Shown here: positions 1 to 12,733 of the stretch, piece by piece
Layout of the letters: each line of letters begins with the position of its first letter
Numbering within the stretch: the stretch's first letter is position 1
Source: Mytilus californianus
Taxonomy: Eukaryota
Length of the DNA stretch: 64,000 nucleotides
Assembly: GCF_021869535.1 (NCBI RefSeq)
Contig: NW_026262581.1
Location: 124,682,001-124,746,000 of the forward strand
Reading direction: 5' to 3'
Notes under the pieces: generated by a model
What the model saw: the letters and a program-made list of their open reading frames with translations, nothing else
What the model was told of the DNA's origin: nothing
Databases searched by the model: none
Translations under genes and position numbers: made by a program

Positions 1-129
1 GTACACAGGATGTTAATGTCACTTGATGGCTTTTGGTTTGACACGATTCCTTTACCTGACAATTTGTTGTTATGTAACATTATAACCTAAATCCGATGTG
101 GGACGTAATTTGCCCTCGATTTAAACTGT

Positions 130-770
130 TTTAAGTAGAATATTTCGCCAGATATTTGTTTAAATATTCTCAGACACTGGTGACGTTTTATAAAGTCTGA
201 GTAGCAGCTGCAAGCTCTTGAATACCGAATGAGTTGGGAAATGTATATCCCATATGCAGGAGAAGTCAGTATATTGCTACTAAGGTGGGGGAAATTGATA
301 ATTTCAAAATTAAAATCGTCTCGTTAGTCATAGATTCTGGTACTGAGATGACAGATTATGTCAAATTCGAGGTATAAGTCTAAAAATGAGGCGGAGGAAG
401 CCGTGTCTGTTGTTTCTTTAATTTCTAGTTCTGGAGGATATATTAATGGAACCCAATCAGAAAAGTAATGGAAAGAACATCATCAATATATATCTAAATG
501 TCAAATTAAATGATCTGGCTTCTTTGATCTTCTTGTCTTTGACAAATGTCTGAAGGAACTCCGACTCATATGAAAATAAGAAGAGGTCGGTAAGGAAAGG
601 CGCACAGTTCGTTCCCATAGGAATGCCGACAATTTGTTGAAAAAGTCTACCTCTAAATTCAACAAATATGTTGTCAATAAAAAACTCCAGCATACTGATC
701 ACTTGTTCTCTGTGTAGCATATTTTACCTTTTTGTTCACTATTAACAAAATATACCGTATGGTATCCAAC
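130..770 (-). mobile_element. Penelope-like (probably Naiad-type) retroelement, reverse-transcriptase fragment, degraded
   Basis: ORF 457-720 carries FIDNIFVEFRGRLFQQIVGIPMGTNCAPFLTDLFLFSYE. It continues across frameshifts into RYIDDVLSI...IYPPELEIKETTDTASSASFLDLYL...NFPHLSSNI...AYGIYISQLIRYSRAC. YIDD is the RT catalytic motif. Clade assignment is inference. Confidence 0.85.
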
Positions 771-1544
771 GCACAGGCGCCATTAATTCAACTCATCCGA
801 ATACGTATTCATGCAACATTTTAGGGGAGATGGGCTGCGCATGTGCTCAGCAGCATGAGGTCAGCATGATAATTCATTAAAAAGAAAAGAATGTCAATAT
901 TGAAAAGTAAAACAAGGGAGAAATCAGGAATAACCATTTAGTTGACTGATCCGTCCCACAAAAGATCATTCATATACAGGTATACCGATGATTTACATAT
1001 ATTTTTAACCTATAAAAAGAAATAAAACATATCATGAAAAATCTTCATTATTCGATTGCACGTTCTTGTCTTTCTACTTATTTATAGGTAAGACTATTCT
1101 TGGTTAAGTTCATAAAACATGACAAGCATTGTCTGACCAATTTCAAGCATATTAACATCTTCGAGTGACATTTTTATTAATCAAACCTTAATATGAGTTC
1201 ACTTTAAAGTATTAACATGGTTAATAAAAGGGATTTAAATCATTTTCAACAGATGGAATGAAATAGCACTGAGATAGTTTTGTGAGGGCATACGGATAAA
1301 TTGTTTGAAAATAAAGCTTTTTGTGTCTGCTTTAGGTAAACTATAATACTTATATATCTTAAATTCCTTCATAAAAAAACACAATGATAAATCGGTATTT
1401 CGAAAATTGTATATTTTTTAATATTGCTAAAACTGAATCAATAAATATCAAAATAACTATCGTTTCAACATCAGATGCTTACTATTTATTGGTAAATGTA
1501 TTATTTTTTAGTCAAAAGTTCCTTTGCCTTATATATCAATAACA

Positions 1545-1740
1545 TAAACGGTACCAATTTTTCTGCACCAGATGCGCATTTGGACAATCAATGTCTCTTC
1601 AGTGATGCTCGAGGCCAAAATATTTCAAAATCCAAAGCTTATTAAAAAGATGAAGAGCTATAAACCAAAAAGGACAAAAAAGTATAGCCAAAGCCGGACA
1701 AGGGATCAGAGCTTTGCATGAGGGAGATACATTTCTTAAT
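1545..1740 (-). mobile_element. Short dispersed repeat containing a minimal hammerhead ribozyme (PLE pseudo-LTR or retrozyme-like)
   Basis: About 80 bp is closely similar to 40614-40695 and contains the hammerhead core on the minus strand. Confidence 0.7.
1565..1608 (-). ncRNA. Type I minimal hammerhead ribozyme, core-mutated (GAAA to CAAA)
   Basis: Minus strand reads GCATCA-CTGAAGA-GACA ttgat TGTC-CAAA-TGCGCA-TC-TGGTGC. Stem I is GCAUCA/UGGUGC, stem II is GACA/UGUC, stem III is the palindrome AUGCGCAU. The conserved G of GAAA is replaced by C at 1582. Confidence 0.75.
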
Positions 1741-2233
1741 TTCAAGTCATTGCTTCTTAAAAAAGAATACTATAAAATTTAGTCTAAGGTCTGGTATAAT
1801 AATACGATGAAGTAACATTTTACCTTTACCTTTCTCCCCTTTTTCAATTTTTTTATTCATATATTTATCATTATATAACTTTTTCATTATGATATTTTTA
1901 GAAACAACAGTACTCGTAATTGTTTCTTTTGCTCTTTTCCTACATAAATTGCCTGAGGGGGTTGTACACTTCGTTCGAGTAATTTTTTAGAGTTCACTTT
2001 AATAATTAATTTACAATGAAAAGTCGTTGAAGTATTGCATTTTATAGTGCATGGAAAGCCACATCTAGATGAAATTTTGTACGAACACAAAAACACCGTC
2101 ATGACTATGTGCATTTTGAAACATTGAGCAGAATTATTATTGATACGTTTTATCAAAATCAAACATTAAGCATATTCTTAATTAAACAGTATACGCTATG
2201 AAATTAAATTCTTAAACATTAAGTCGAATCAGA

Positions 2234-3372
2234 TCATTCGGAAGCCGCGGGATCAAACAATCTTTTCTTCTCTCCTTTGGTGAATCTATAACCTGAAGGT
2301 AGAAATTCAAATTTAGTTGAAGTCCTTTCTTTTGTAGTGGCATTTACATAGGTTCCAATCATTTCAGTTCCCGCCACTTCTAGTTCTACCCATCCGAAGA
2401 CCTGTTCAGGCCACTGTCCTCCAGGTGGATTCGCGTGAATAACGGCATGTTTTTGGCAGCCTTCATCTGTTACAAATTTTGGATCTGGCTTATCAGAAAT
2501 ATATATTTCTGCTCTTAGCGGGTGTGTTCGTCTACATTGAGAATCAGAAGTGACAAAAGTGTCGTTCAGTTCAATTTGTTTAATATCCCCGACCTCAACA
2601 TCCTCGTCGGCTTTAAAACAAACATGAAACACATGGCGGCACCAGTCTTCTTTATCCCAAGTATATCGTTTGCTTTCAGGATGAACCCCTGTTTTGAACG
2701 GAACACTCAAACTAATACCATATGTATAGTTACATACTCTTGATGCAACGATGTTTGGATTATGTCCATATATGACCGCACCTTTAAGAACCGATAGACC
2801 TCCATCTACTGGCACAAATATCTCTAAATTTTGAAATGCTTTTTTGACAGCAACTTGTAATACATCAGACTCAGAAAACCCACCAACCATCATTACAGCT
2901 GAAACGTTTTCACAGCGTGGATGGTTCAGAACAGATCTGATTTCTTCGATAGTCAAATCACATGATTCCTGGAAGAATGTTTGAAATAAATCTGGTTTTA
3001 TAAACATTTTATCACGTTTCATGCTTATTTTACCTTTAAAAGTCGACTCGTTAATGACACTATCAATTGAACTATCTACAGAATCGGCTATAAGATCTTT
3101 TAGTGAAACAGGAAATCTAGTATTTACAGTTTCTGTACTGTTTAATTTATAAGTCTTCTTCTTACGTTCAAAATCTCTCATCATTTCATTATAATCTGCA
3201 CCTTGTTCCTTTTTAAATTGTTTCAAAACAGGACCTCCAACAAGCTTTGTGAGAACGATTCTATATTTCTCATTAACCATTTCACCACCCCAAGAGCCTC
3301 CACATACTTTGTGAATTATTTTTAATTCCCCATTCGGAGCGACTTCTTGAGTAGAAATGTCCACTGTACCAC
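2234..3372 (-). CDS. HSPA12: HSPA12-like paralogue 1, coding exon 4 (terminal)
   Basis: Acceptor ttgtag|GTGGTACA completes DAGG/GTVD (phase 1). Contains GGSWGG, MMVGGFSES and LSVLKGAV motifs of the HSPA12 ATPase fold. Stop at 2234-2236. Full gene is 1839 nt, 612 aa. Confidence 0.95.
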
Positions 3373-3638
3373 CTACAATATATTAATTAAAATATGATAC
3401 GGTTTGGTGTTTTACAGCATGGCCTTCTATGTTTAAAGTTCGTTTTTGAATAGAACATATAAAACACAAAGAAAGTCTAGTTTATAAAGATCTATGTTTT
3501 CAATAATATTTGATATTTCAATTTGATAATTCAGCAGTTCTTCACTCTTACTATGACGATATACAGCACAGGTAAATCTCTAACTTGTATCAGAATTATT
3601 TTTTTCAATATTCTCGTCTTCTGTGAAAAAGATCTTAC

Positions 3639-3798
3639 CTCCTGCATCTACAACAATGAATTTGGTTCCTGGATCAAAAGTCTTCAGAATTGTCATTTTG
3701 TTTTTGCCTAGTAATTTTTCAACTGGTAATAACCTGGCATAAACAGATGCAGCTTCTGGTTCATACACAATGGAAAACATATCCCCATGAATACCAGC
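3639..3798 (-). CDS. HSPA12: HSPA12-like paralogue 1, coding exon 3 (160 nt)
   Basis: cttcag|GCT...GGA G|gtaaga. Encodes AGIHGDMFSIVYEPEAASVY...FIVVDAG. Same length and phase as in paralogues 2 and 3. Confidence 0.95.
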
Positions 3799-4383
3799 CT
3801 GAAGGGTAATAAGTTTTATTGTTATTACTTTTTCCATATGTATACCCATATATACTTACCTTAAAAGTTATGTGTGCATTTTGATTATATCTTGATTGTA
3901 TAACATTATCTATATTAAAACATAAAAGTTATTAGCATGTTGATTTATGATAGTAAGATATTCCATCCTAAAAGTAATGTGCCAACATGTTATTAAAGGG
4001 GATTGTCTCGATTTTGTGTGCATGCATCGTTATTTTAACTCACATTGTGCTTTCGTCTTGTGTTATAGATGAAGTTCCTTTTTTCTTAAATGTACGAAAT
4101 TGATAAAGATTCTTAAGACTTTTGACCGATTTCGATTATCTTGGTATTTTTACAATTACAATTTTCAATGTCAAAAATGTGATTTGCAAAAAGGGCAATG
4201 TATGTTTGATTATGACGACAGAGATCAGAAAAAGTACAACGTCCTTCTTTCTACCTTGTCATACCAATTACCCAGTATCAACGAATTTTCTAATGCACAA
4301 AAATATCTTCAGATTAAGTATTGAGGTTCAACCTACAATATTTCCATTTGCATCGTTCCTCATAAAAGTAAATCCAGAAAAAA

Positions 4384-4575
4384 GTAAAATAACAAAAATA
4401 CCGAACTCCAATGAAAATTCAAAAAGGAAAGTCCCTTATCAAATGGCAAAATAAAAAACTAAAACACATCAAACGAATGGAAAACAACTGTCATATTCCT
4501 GACTTGGTACAGGCATTTCCTTATGTAGAAAATTTTGGATTAAACCTGGTTTTATAGCTAGCTAAACCTCTCACT
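4384..4575 (+). repeat. Dispersed SINE-like repeat (family copy)
   Basis: GTAAAATA(A/G)CAAAAATACCGAACTCC...GAAAGTCCCTTA...CTTGGTACAGGCATTTCC recurs at 12652-12733 and 48092-48330, and degenerately in reverse near 40720-40830. Confidence 0.8.
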
Positions 4576-5835
4576 CAGAAGAGCGCTTCGAACGCACGAA
4601 TTTAATAAAGTGGTATTTTCATCCATTTTCCACAAAAATAAGTTGTTAGATTTGTTTACTAGTATACGGTCAGTAAATATATGAAGAAGTTTTGAAAGTT
4701 GAAAGAAAATAATTGTATGTGCATGTCAATGGCATATTTACGCCTTTGTTAAACAAAAACTCTCACGAATGCCAGGAATGGTGAAAACATAACTATATGT
4801 ACAATACAAATTTAAAATTGTCCAATTTTTATTTACTTTAAACTTTTCTCTCTGTTTTTGTCCTAATGCTGATCTACACATTTTAAGATAAGTGCTACTT
4901 CCTATGTCCATATTCATTTAAAACCGAATAAAATATTAGAGGGATCGGATAATATCATCAAATAACCTTTTTATATTTGCCTTATTAGTATTCTACTTAA
5001 TGAGATTTGTACGAATACTAATAAACACATGAAATATTAATTTAAATGATTTATTGGAAAAGTATAAAGAAAGAATTGAATATACCTATAAAGAAATTCC
5101 AAAGTAACCTCGAAAAGCTAGTCAAGAAATATGACGTAATATCCTTCAATAATAAACAGTCGTTATAGAAGCCCAAGCTACATCCGTCGTATGAAATTAA
5201 AATTTTGGCAAGAATAAAATGAAATCTTGTAGAAAATGAGAAAAAGAAACTCATTATAACTTTTGGTGTGTTATAGCGATTATCTGAATTTACCTTTAAA
5301 AAGAACAACCAAACACCGATAAGTTGAACGCCAAGAATGTACAAATGCTTGAATACTTAAGGGGCTAGTATATGACAAGGTGCAGTAAAAGATAGCCAAA
5401 TCACACGAAGACATAAGTATACCAACTCATACTGTTAATTTTGAAATAAACTGAATTATTATCACGTGTAAAACATTTAGCTGACATTCAATATTGCAGC
5501 AAAAAACGCAGCTATTACTGGCAATATCAGCTTTAAAATGGTGACGTGACATTCTCAGAAATAAGTAATACCCTCATCTTTCAACACTATTTAAGATATA
5601 TGTATTACATAAACTCAGATCATCACGTCCATGTCATTGTAACCGTACGCCATATTTCATAGGGTCACTATATTGGATTAACATATGGATATAAAGGATT
5701 TAAACTACTATCTTCCTGATTAAATATCAACACGCTTTGGAGATAGATATTTTGATACTCACTATTATCTTGGAATTTATTTACTAAGTTTGATTCAATT
5801 TGAGTTTTAAGTGGAGAAGTTGAAATCACTCCTTC

Positions 5836-6215
5836 TTAAATTTTACGGACGCCATCACGAGTTGGTTGACCGTTATAGGATATTTGTTGCACAGATGATG
5901 ACAGATATTTTCCAATTGTCGTAACCAGAATCCCTTCCTCTATTCCTCGAATGCGACCTACCGAATTAGATTTATCCTCGGTTTTATACTTACATGAGCG
6001 ACACGTGTGGAGCAGGATCTGCTTACCCTTTCGGAGCACTTGAGATCATCCCCAGTTTTTGGTGGGGTTCATGCTCAGTCTTTAGTTTTCCTATGTTGTG
6101 TTTTGTGTACTTTTATTTGTCTGGTGGTCTTTTCATTTTTTAGCCATGGCGTTGTCAGTTTGTTTTCGACTTATTAGTTTTAATATTCATTAAGTATCTT
6201 TCGCCTTTCTTTTAC
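5836..6215 (+). mobile_element. 3' end of a Naiad-like retroelement (RT C-terminus plus 3' UTR)
   Basis: Begins with codons for KFYGRHHELVDRY, then the conserved GGAGCAGGATCTGCTTACCCTTTCGGAGCAC motif and a T-rich tail. Related to 26290-26700 and, in reverse, ~18305-18410. Confidence 0.7.
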
Positions 6216-6299
6216 TAACTTTGTACAGAAGCTTTTGTTTTTTGTTCTTTCGTGGTCCTGGCATTTTTCAGTTACATAAGCAAGGATCATTAACTTAAA

Positions 6300-7155
6300 C
6301 ATGCCAGACGAAAAGATATTTCAAAAAATAGTCGGTATTCCACTGAATACTTATTGTGCATCCCTCATGTTTGACTTGTTTTTGTACTCATAGTAAGCAG
6401 AATTCAGAATAAATCTTCTCAACAAAAAAAGAAAAAGCATCTTGTCAAGTTGTTTAATTTTACATTAAGGTATACTGCATGGTAATGGCCTGTGCCCGAA
6501 AAACATATCATTAAGTGCTTGTATTTCATCTATCCCAGTTAACGGGTCCTTGAGGACAGTACTAAAACTAGAATGTGGGCTACCTATCTGGATCTTTTCC
6601 TTGATATTGACATAGATTGACGATTTCAAACTAGGACTTATGACAAATGTGACGTTTGTCAACTTCCCATTTCTTAGCAGAAATATACCTTTTACCCATT
6701 CGTTTTTCCTTTACATATCCGAATTGAAACGCGTGAATGTTTACATCATTCAGATGTCGTCAAAAGGAACGTGCTTCTAATGCATAATCTGCTCAAGCAG
6801 GATTATGAGGAAGAACAACTGAAATAAACACCCATCACGAATTGAATGACCGATATCGGGACGACGTGTTTGTGTCTCAACTCAGAAGATAGAAAGGTTC
6901 GCAGTCTTTAGATGTACCATAATAGTCGTCTAATCTGTAAATATACCGATTATGTCCTTTTCGCCTATTGTGACATTTTGGCTGAGTGTAGATTCGTATG
7001 GCGGATGATGTGTGCATAACATGAGATACTTATCCTGTCGATACACCCGATATCGTCCCGTATTGAGTTCTTACCATTTCCTGATTTCTTTATCTTGATA
7101 TTTATATTCTTTGTGCATTTACAATTTTTGAACACCAGTAAAGTACTGTTGCCTC
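6300..7155 (+). mobile_element. Degraded Penelope-like RT 3' half plus 3' UTR, in intron 2 of HSPA12-1 (antisense)
   Basis: Broken frames give KIFQKIVGIPLNTYCASLMFDLFLYS, IYPS, YLDLFLDID and VNFPFLS. The tail 6840-7155 is homologous to 63420-63740. Confidence 0.75.
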
Positions 7156-7313
7156 GATGTTTGAGTCAATGGAAGTTCTTGATAGTCATATTTTGATTTG
7201 TATCACAAGCATCATGCCATAAAACCTAGTATGTAATTGCTCGCTTCTTATATCTTACGAGGATCGTTTGCTTGGTTTTTAATTCTTATAACAAGGACAC
7301 ATTTGGTACTCAC

Positions 7314-7532
7314 TTCTTCTGCTGCATCTCTCATGAACTGTTTGCATGCATCATTCCAAATAGCTGGGACTGTGATAACCCAATCTATATCATTTGCATT
7401 AACTCCAATATTTCTTTCTTCAAACTGGTCAAGTAAATGTTTTCGGAGGAACTGTATGGCGAGTTTTATAACTAGTTTGGCTGATATAGCTTTACCATTG
7501 ATATCTGTCATTTCAAAATCTTTTCGAATGTC
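7314..7532 (-). CDS. HSPA12: HSPA12-like paralogue 1, coding exon 2 (219 nt)
   Basis: tttccag|GAC...GAA|gtgagt. Encodes DIRKDFEMTDING...WVITVPAIWNDACKQFMRDAAEE. Confidence 0.95.
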
Positions 7533-8442
7533 CTGGAAAGCAATTTATATCATAACTTGAAACTTTGTTCTGATTTGTAAATAATACAAAACATATTTGA
7601 ACATGAGCAAAATGAGGAAACTGTTTGTAAGCTTTGTGGTGATACAATTCTTGTTATTACTACTAGAACTTCGTGCTTATCTAAAAATTTATACTCTATT
7701 CAATCACCATTAAAACTTTGAAATATAACTCTACCTATTAGTGTCTTGAAAAATTCTCTTAAATTTGATTAGATGAATTTAAATATCAATGAAAATGAGA
7801 TAAACATTGGTGCATACAGTTTTCTTTATATACCCAATGTATTTATATTACTTTCGTTATGTAATGTTGATATAATAGTCTCCCTCAGTCGTGCACAATA
7901 CATACTATTCAAATGAATGCAATTCCAATTCTGAATTTTGTGTAACTTATGATGAAAACTGAGTTCGATTCAATTGAATTTCAATCATATTCAATAGATT
8001 CATAAAGTGCACACAACTTGAATATACACAAACGGTATCTTAACATTTTCTCTTTTGTTTAATAAAACATGAATATAAAGTACAATCGAAACAATACCAA
8101 GATACTACTAGCAAAATCAAAAACAATTTAAATGAAAGAACGACCGACTGCATCATAGACTAAAGGAAAGAGACGATTAAACAATTTATTGGTCGTTTAA
8201 GTAGTATGAATTTAGAGTTATTTGAATAAACTTTACTCGTAAAACGGGACTAATAGTAACAAGAACGAAATAAAAAAAATCTTTAACTTAACATGACTTA
8301 TAATATCAAGAGAAGAGAATGTCAATCTTTCTTCTTCATATTGGGTACCTGAATAACAAACAAATCCACCTAAAGTGCGTTAATTTTTTTTCTATTCTCT
8401 ACCCCACTATTACTCATTCTAGATTGAAGAGTGTCTTCTTAA

Positions 8443-9021
8443 GGTAGCTGGGGTGTCTTCCTCGATCTTGGAATTTGAAAAGCAGATAACAATCGGTCTA
8501 GATCTTAAATGAAATGTGCAAATTTCGAGAATAGTATGTAATTCATGTGTAAGACTTTTCGTGTTAATATAGAAAATTATGTGTTTTATCACAAATTTAC
8601 AGCTGTATTTCAAAAAAAATATTGTATTACTTATTTTCAACTGTGCCGCATAAGGGAGATAATTCAGATAAAGTAACTTTTATAATAGAATGTGTTATGA
8701 ATTTACCTATTCTATGATGTAGCAAGAAAACGAGTTTGGTGACCCCACTTTTTCTTTTTCTTATCTGTAAGCATATTATTAGAGCTATCTTCTCATATTT
8801 TATCTTAAAATTCTATGGTTTAGTTTTCTTTTTATCACAAAAAATTGGGTTTTCCATGCATAATCTATACAAACTATGACAATTTTGCACAACCTGTAGC
8901 TTGAAAAAAAGCCCGGTGACCCATTCTTTTTATTATATTTTTGAAAAAAGCATGACATAAACTACTTTTTGACAAATTATTAAAAAATTCTATGGATTTT
9001 AATATAGACCCCCTATCTACC
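8443..9021. mobile_element. Non-autonomous DNA transposon with TTAA target duplication (Kolobok-like MITE)
   Basis: TTAA|GGTAGCTGGGGTGTCT ... AGACCCCCTATCTACC|TTAA gives a 13/16 imperfect TIR with TTAA on both sides. The internal part resembles 32370-32800. Confidence 0.55.
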
Positions 9022-9369
9022 TTAATAAACAAATTTTTTTTTCTGTAAGAATGGTGAACATTTCTTGATTTAAGAACGCCTTGCTTTGCTAATAACTGCA
9101 TTGACTTTAAAATCAATATAAAGTGGGCTAATTGATAGAAACATCATTATTTCGTACTGGGCGAATTGATATTCCTAAATCAGTCTCATTTCAATGGGTA
9201 CAAACAGCGTACTTCTGCTTGATTCTGTACTCAAATTAAGAAAAAGGATCCAAATACCTTATGACAATCCAGCAATATTCGTTTATTTCACCTTCAGATA
9301 TTTCAGTGAGTACTTGCATCTCGTAAATTCATGTGAACTTGAAACAGAAAATCTGCATCATATAAGGCC

Positions 9370-9765
9370 CTTTTTCTTTATAATGCATGAATGAATGAAT
9401 GAATGAACATGAATGAGTAAATTAATGAATGAATAAATGAATGAGTGAATTTATTTGCAAAAGCTTATACATGTTATAGCAATCATTATGTTCTTGACGA
9501 ATTACTGTGAATTGGGCCTATGACAAAAACAAAGATTTGTTTCATCTTCGGATATCTCAATATGTGCACTTCAAATTAGAAACACTACAGAAATTATAAA
9601 ATATGTTTTTATGTCAGGCTTTTTCTTTATAATGTATGAATTAATAAATGAATGAATAAGCGAACTAATTTGCAAAAAGCATTTAAATGCTATAGTAATC
9701 ATAACTTTCATTGTAAAATACTGTGACTATGATCTATGTCAAAAAACAAAGATTTCTACTTTTTT
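9370..9765. repeat. Degenerate ~250-bp tandem duplication with (TGAA)n microsatellite
   Basis: TTTTCTTTATAATG...TGAATGAA...TTTGCAAAA...TACTGTGA...AAAACAAAGATTT occurs twice, at ~9370 and ~9620. Confidence 0.6.
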
Positions 9766-10369
9766 TCTGGTAAAATACTGTGTGTCCATATAATATATAG
9801 CTTTTTTTTTTATCAAAGCTCATCAGTAGATTTAAGATATGTTTGTTCTCATTATGGAGATTTCATTTAGAGAAGTATCATTATATACAACTCTGTACAT
9901 GCAGTAATTTTGTTGATTCTGTACTGTGAACACCTTAAACTGATTATGATGTTGTTACAACAGATTTGACAAAAATATATATAGTTTCAACTTGGAACAT
10001 GACATTTTATAATGGATGTGCTGGATCAAATCAAGAACATGGCACCGAAAGTGTTAACTTCATGTCAGTCATGAATTATTCTATCAGCACAAAATTTTAA
10101 TTTTCTACTCCTACTATTGCTAACCATTATAACCACTACAATATAGAAGAAATGGTACGAGTTATAAACAACAGGTTCTGTGATCAAAACTCACAAAATG
10201 TTACTCCCACCTTTTGCAACGCCCATGATTTAATACAGGAAACCCCCTTGAAAATAAGTTGACCAAATAATGTTCCTCAACTTTGTACTTTAATTTGTAG
10301 ATGAAACGCGCGTCTGGCTAACACAATTATAAACCTGGTATCTTAAATGAGTTATTTCATACTGCAGGT

Positions 10370-10975
10370 ATACAATGGCATTATATGGTAAAGATTGTGA
10401 GAACGTTTCAATAAATTGAAACAAGTGGTTTAGGCGGAGTTGCGGATACAAATTGGGTATCCCAAATAAAGCATTGACAAAGTGCATGCTTTGGTAAGGG
10501 AAATCCCTAATATAACTTGGACTAAAACATAAAACAGGATATGCACAATGGCATTATATAGTAAAGATTCTAAGAAAGTTTCGTTAAGTTATTGTAAATG
10601 GCTTGGGATGAGTTGCGGATACAAAATCTGTATCCCCAAATAAAGCAAAGACAAAGTCCATGCTTTGGTGAAGGAAAATTCAAATGTACTCCAAAATTAT
10701 TTCGGACAAAAAAAGCAGGTACACAGTGGCAATATATTTTAAAGATTGTGAGAAATTTCCATAACATTATGATTAGTTAGGGGTTTAGGAGGAAAAATGG
10801 AAATAGATATGTACTAAAATGCGCAGATATGACGAAATTTATTCCCCAAAAAAGTTAATTCAAACGCGGTCCCGGTGCAGTTGCGGATACAAAAGGGGGA
10901 CAGAAATATGAACGTTTATTAAACGGACGTACGGACGGACGAAAGAATATGCGGACGAACGAACTCCCTCATAAT
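10370..10975. mobile_element. Degraded HINE/pearl-like element with ~175-bp internal tandem repeats and a (GGAC)n tract
   Basis: ACA(A/G)TGGCA..ATAT...AAAGATT units at ~10373, ~10545 and ~10723. GTTGCGGATACAAA occurs three times, followed by ACGGACGTACGGACGGACG. Confidence 0.55.
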
Positions 10976-11217
10976 AACATCAACTAGATGCTTATTCAGA
11001 CAATAAACCTCTCTCCAGGTTGACAAGTTAATTTAAATATATACATCCAGCTATATTTAAGGTTTCACGACTTATCTACATATATCTGAGCAAAGTAGAT
11101 AAGTCCTTATTGATTATCAATGGATAAAATATATAACTAAATAAAATGCTGTCTGGGGTCAGTCATTGGAATCTATATTGATAATATTAATACTTAAAGG
11201 ATTATAAAATTGTTTAC

Positions 11218-11538
11218 CTTTTCTTCCAACACGGCTCTATACAATTTCATTTTGAAACCCTTCAAATAATACCATGCATTCTGTTCATTTTCTTCACAAA
11301 TAACCGAGTAGCGGTCTTCTGCATCATGTCCGAAAGACACCAAATTTTTATTTGAGTCAAGCAACATGGCTGACGGAGTCTTATAAAAACTGTCACCGCC
11401 GCTTTCTGGGGACCACATTGGTGATGATACATCGATTGGGTTAGCATCGAACTGATGTCGAAAAGAGAAAGCATAACCAGATCCGTGGCTCCCAAAGTCT
11501 ATTGCTGCAACAACCAATCTTGTTTTGGCTTTTGCCAT
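11218..11538 (-). CDS. HSPA12: HSPA12-like paralogue 1, coding exon 1 (107 codons)
   Basis: MAKAKTRLVVAAIDFGSHGSGYAFSF...KTPSAMLL...FGHDAED...FKMKLY. Donor AAG|gtaaac, phase 0. Confidence 0.93.
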
Positions 11539-12651
11539 CCCACTTTTAGTTCCAGTCCCTTAAATTGTAATAGTTTATTTCAGTCTCAAGATAAAATCTA
11601 CATATGCTACTTGTCACTCAATGAAGTTTTTTTAATTGAAATATACAACATTGAACTTAAGTTTTATCGATTGACACCCCAGTGGATTTAAATTTGTCAT
11701 ATCTGATTATTTGATATACGTAATTACTGGATGTAAAAGGAAATATACTATCAATCTTAACGAATTTCACAAAAATATTTCATACCAAAATATACACATT
11801 AGGAATTTTAAGAACAAGAGCCATTTAAAACGTAAGTTAAGTTATGCTACTGTACCTTAAGTTGTAAAGAGTTCTATCCTGACGTCATATGATCATTAGT
11901 AGAACAAGGAAGTTGATAACATCGGTGAATGACGAGCTGGAACTTGCTTACAAACATTGGCAGTGGATAATTCTCAGGTAATTATTTGTGTAACTATCTT
12001 ATACCTAATGCATTGTCGTAACTTTCATTTATACTCTATACTAATTAGTTATCAAAATGTAAAAATTGTCATAGTGTATACATTGTCTAAAATACACCAA
12101 AAAAATGGTTTTAACTCGAAGTTTAACGTTTAAGATATATTTATGATCCACTGGAGGGAATAAATTATTAGACTGATAAACCTTTTAAATACTTGTAACA
12201 TTATAGAAATATGTAACGAATATTTATTATCAGAAACGATATTGAAAATTAAAGCATTTGAAATAACACATATAATTAGATCTATGATTTGATTCATAAA
12301 ATGAAAACATACACATAATTCTTTATAAATGTAAAACTAAATATCGTCTTGAGTGATTACTGATCGTTCATAAATAAATGAGGGAATTTTTACACCGCAA
12401 AGGTACAAATGTTTTATATTCAATAAGCATACAATACATATAAGAAATAAATTATGTCAAAAACAAACAAACAAACGCAATGTGCTACGTTTAACAATAA
12501 TTTGAATATCGCATGCTACAATTTTCAAAATATGTACTTGAAAATTGTATAAAGAAATTCAGGTTGAATGTGAAAAATCATCCGTGCTTATAAAAAAAAT
12601 CTTTTTATAATAAGATAGATGAACAAGTATTCTCTCTTGGACCATCAAAAT

Positions 12652-12733
12652 GTAAAATAGCAAAAATACCGAACTCCAAGGAAAATTCAAAACGGAAAGT
12701 CCTTTATCAAATGGCAAAATCAAAGCTCAAAAC
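12652..12733 (+). repeat. Truncated copy of the 4384-4575 dispersed repeat
   Basis: Direct sequence match GTAAAATAGCAAAAATACCGAACTCCAAGGAAAATTCAAAACGGAAAGTCC. Confidence 0.75.
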
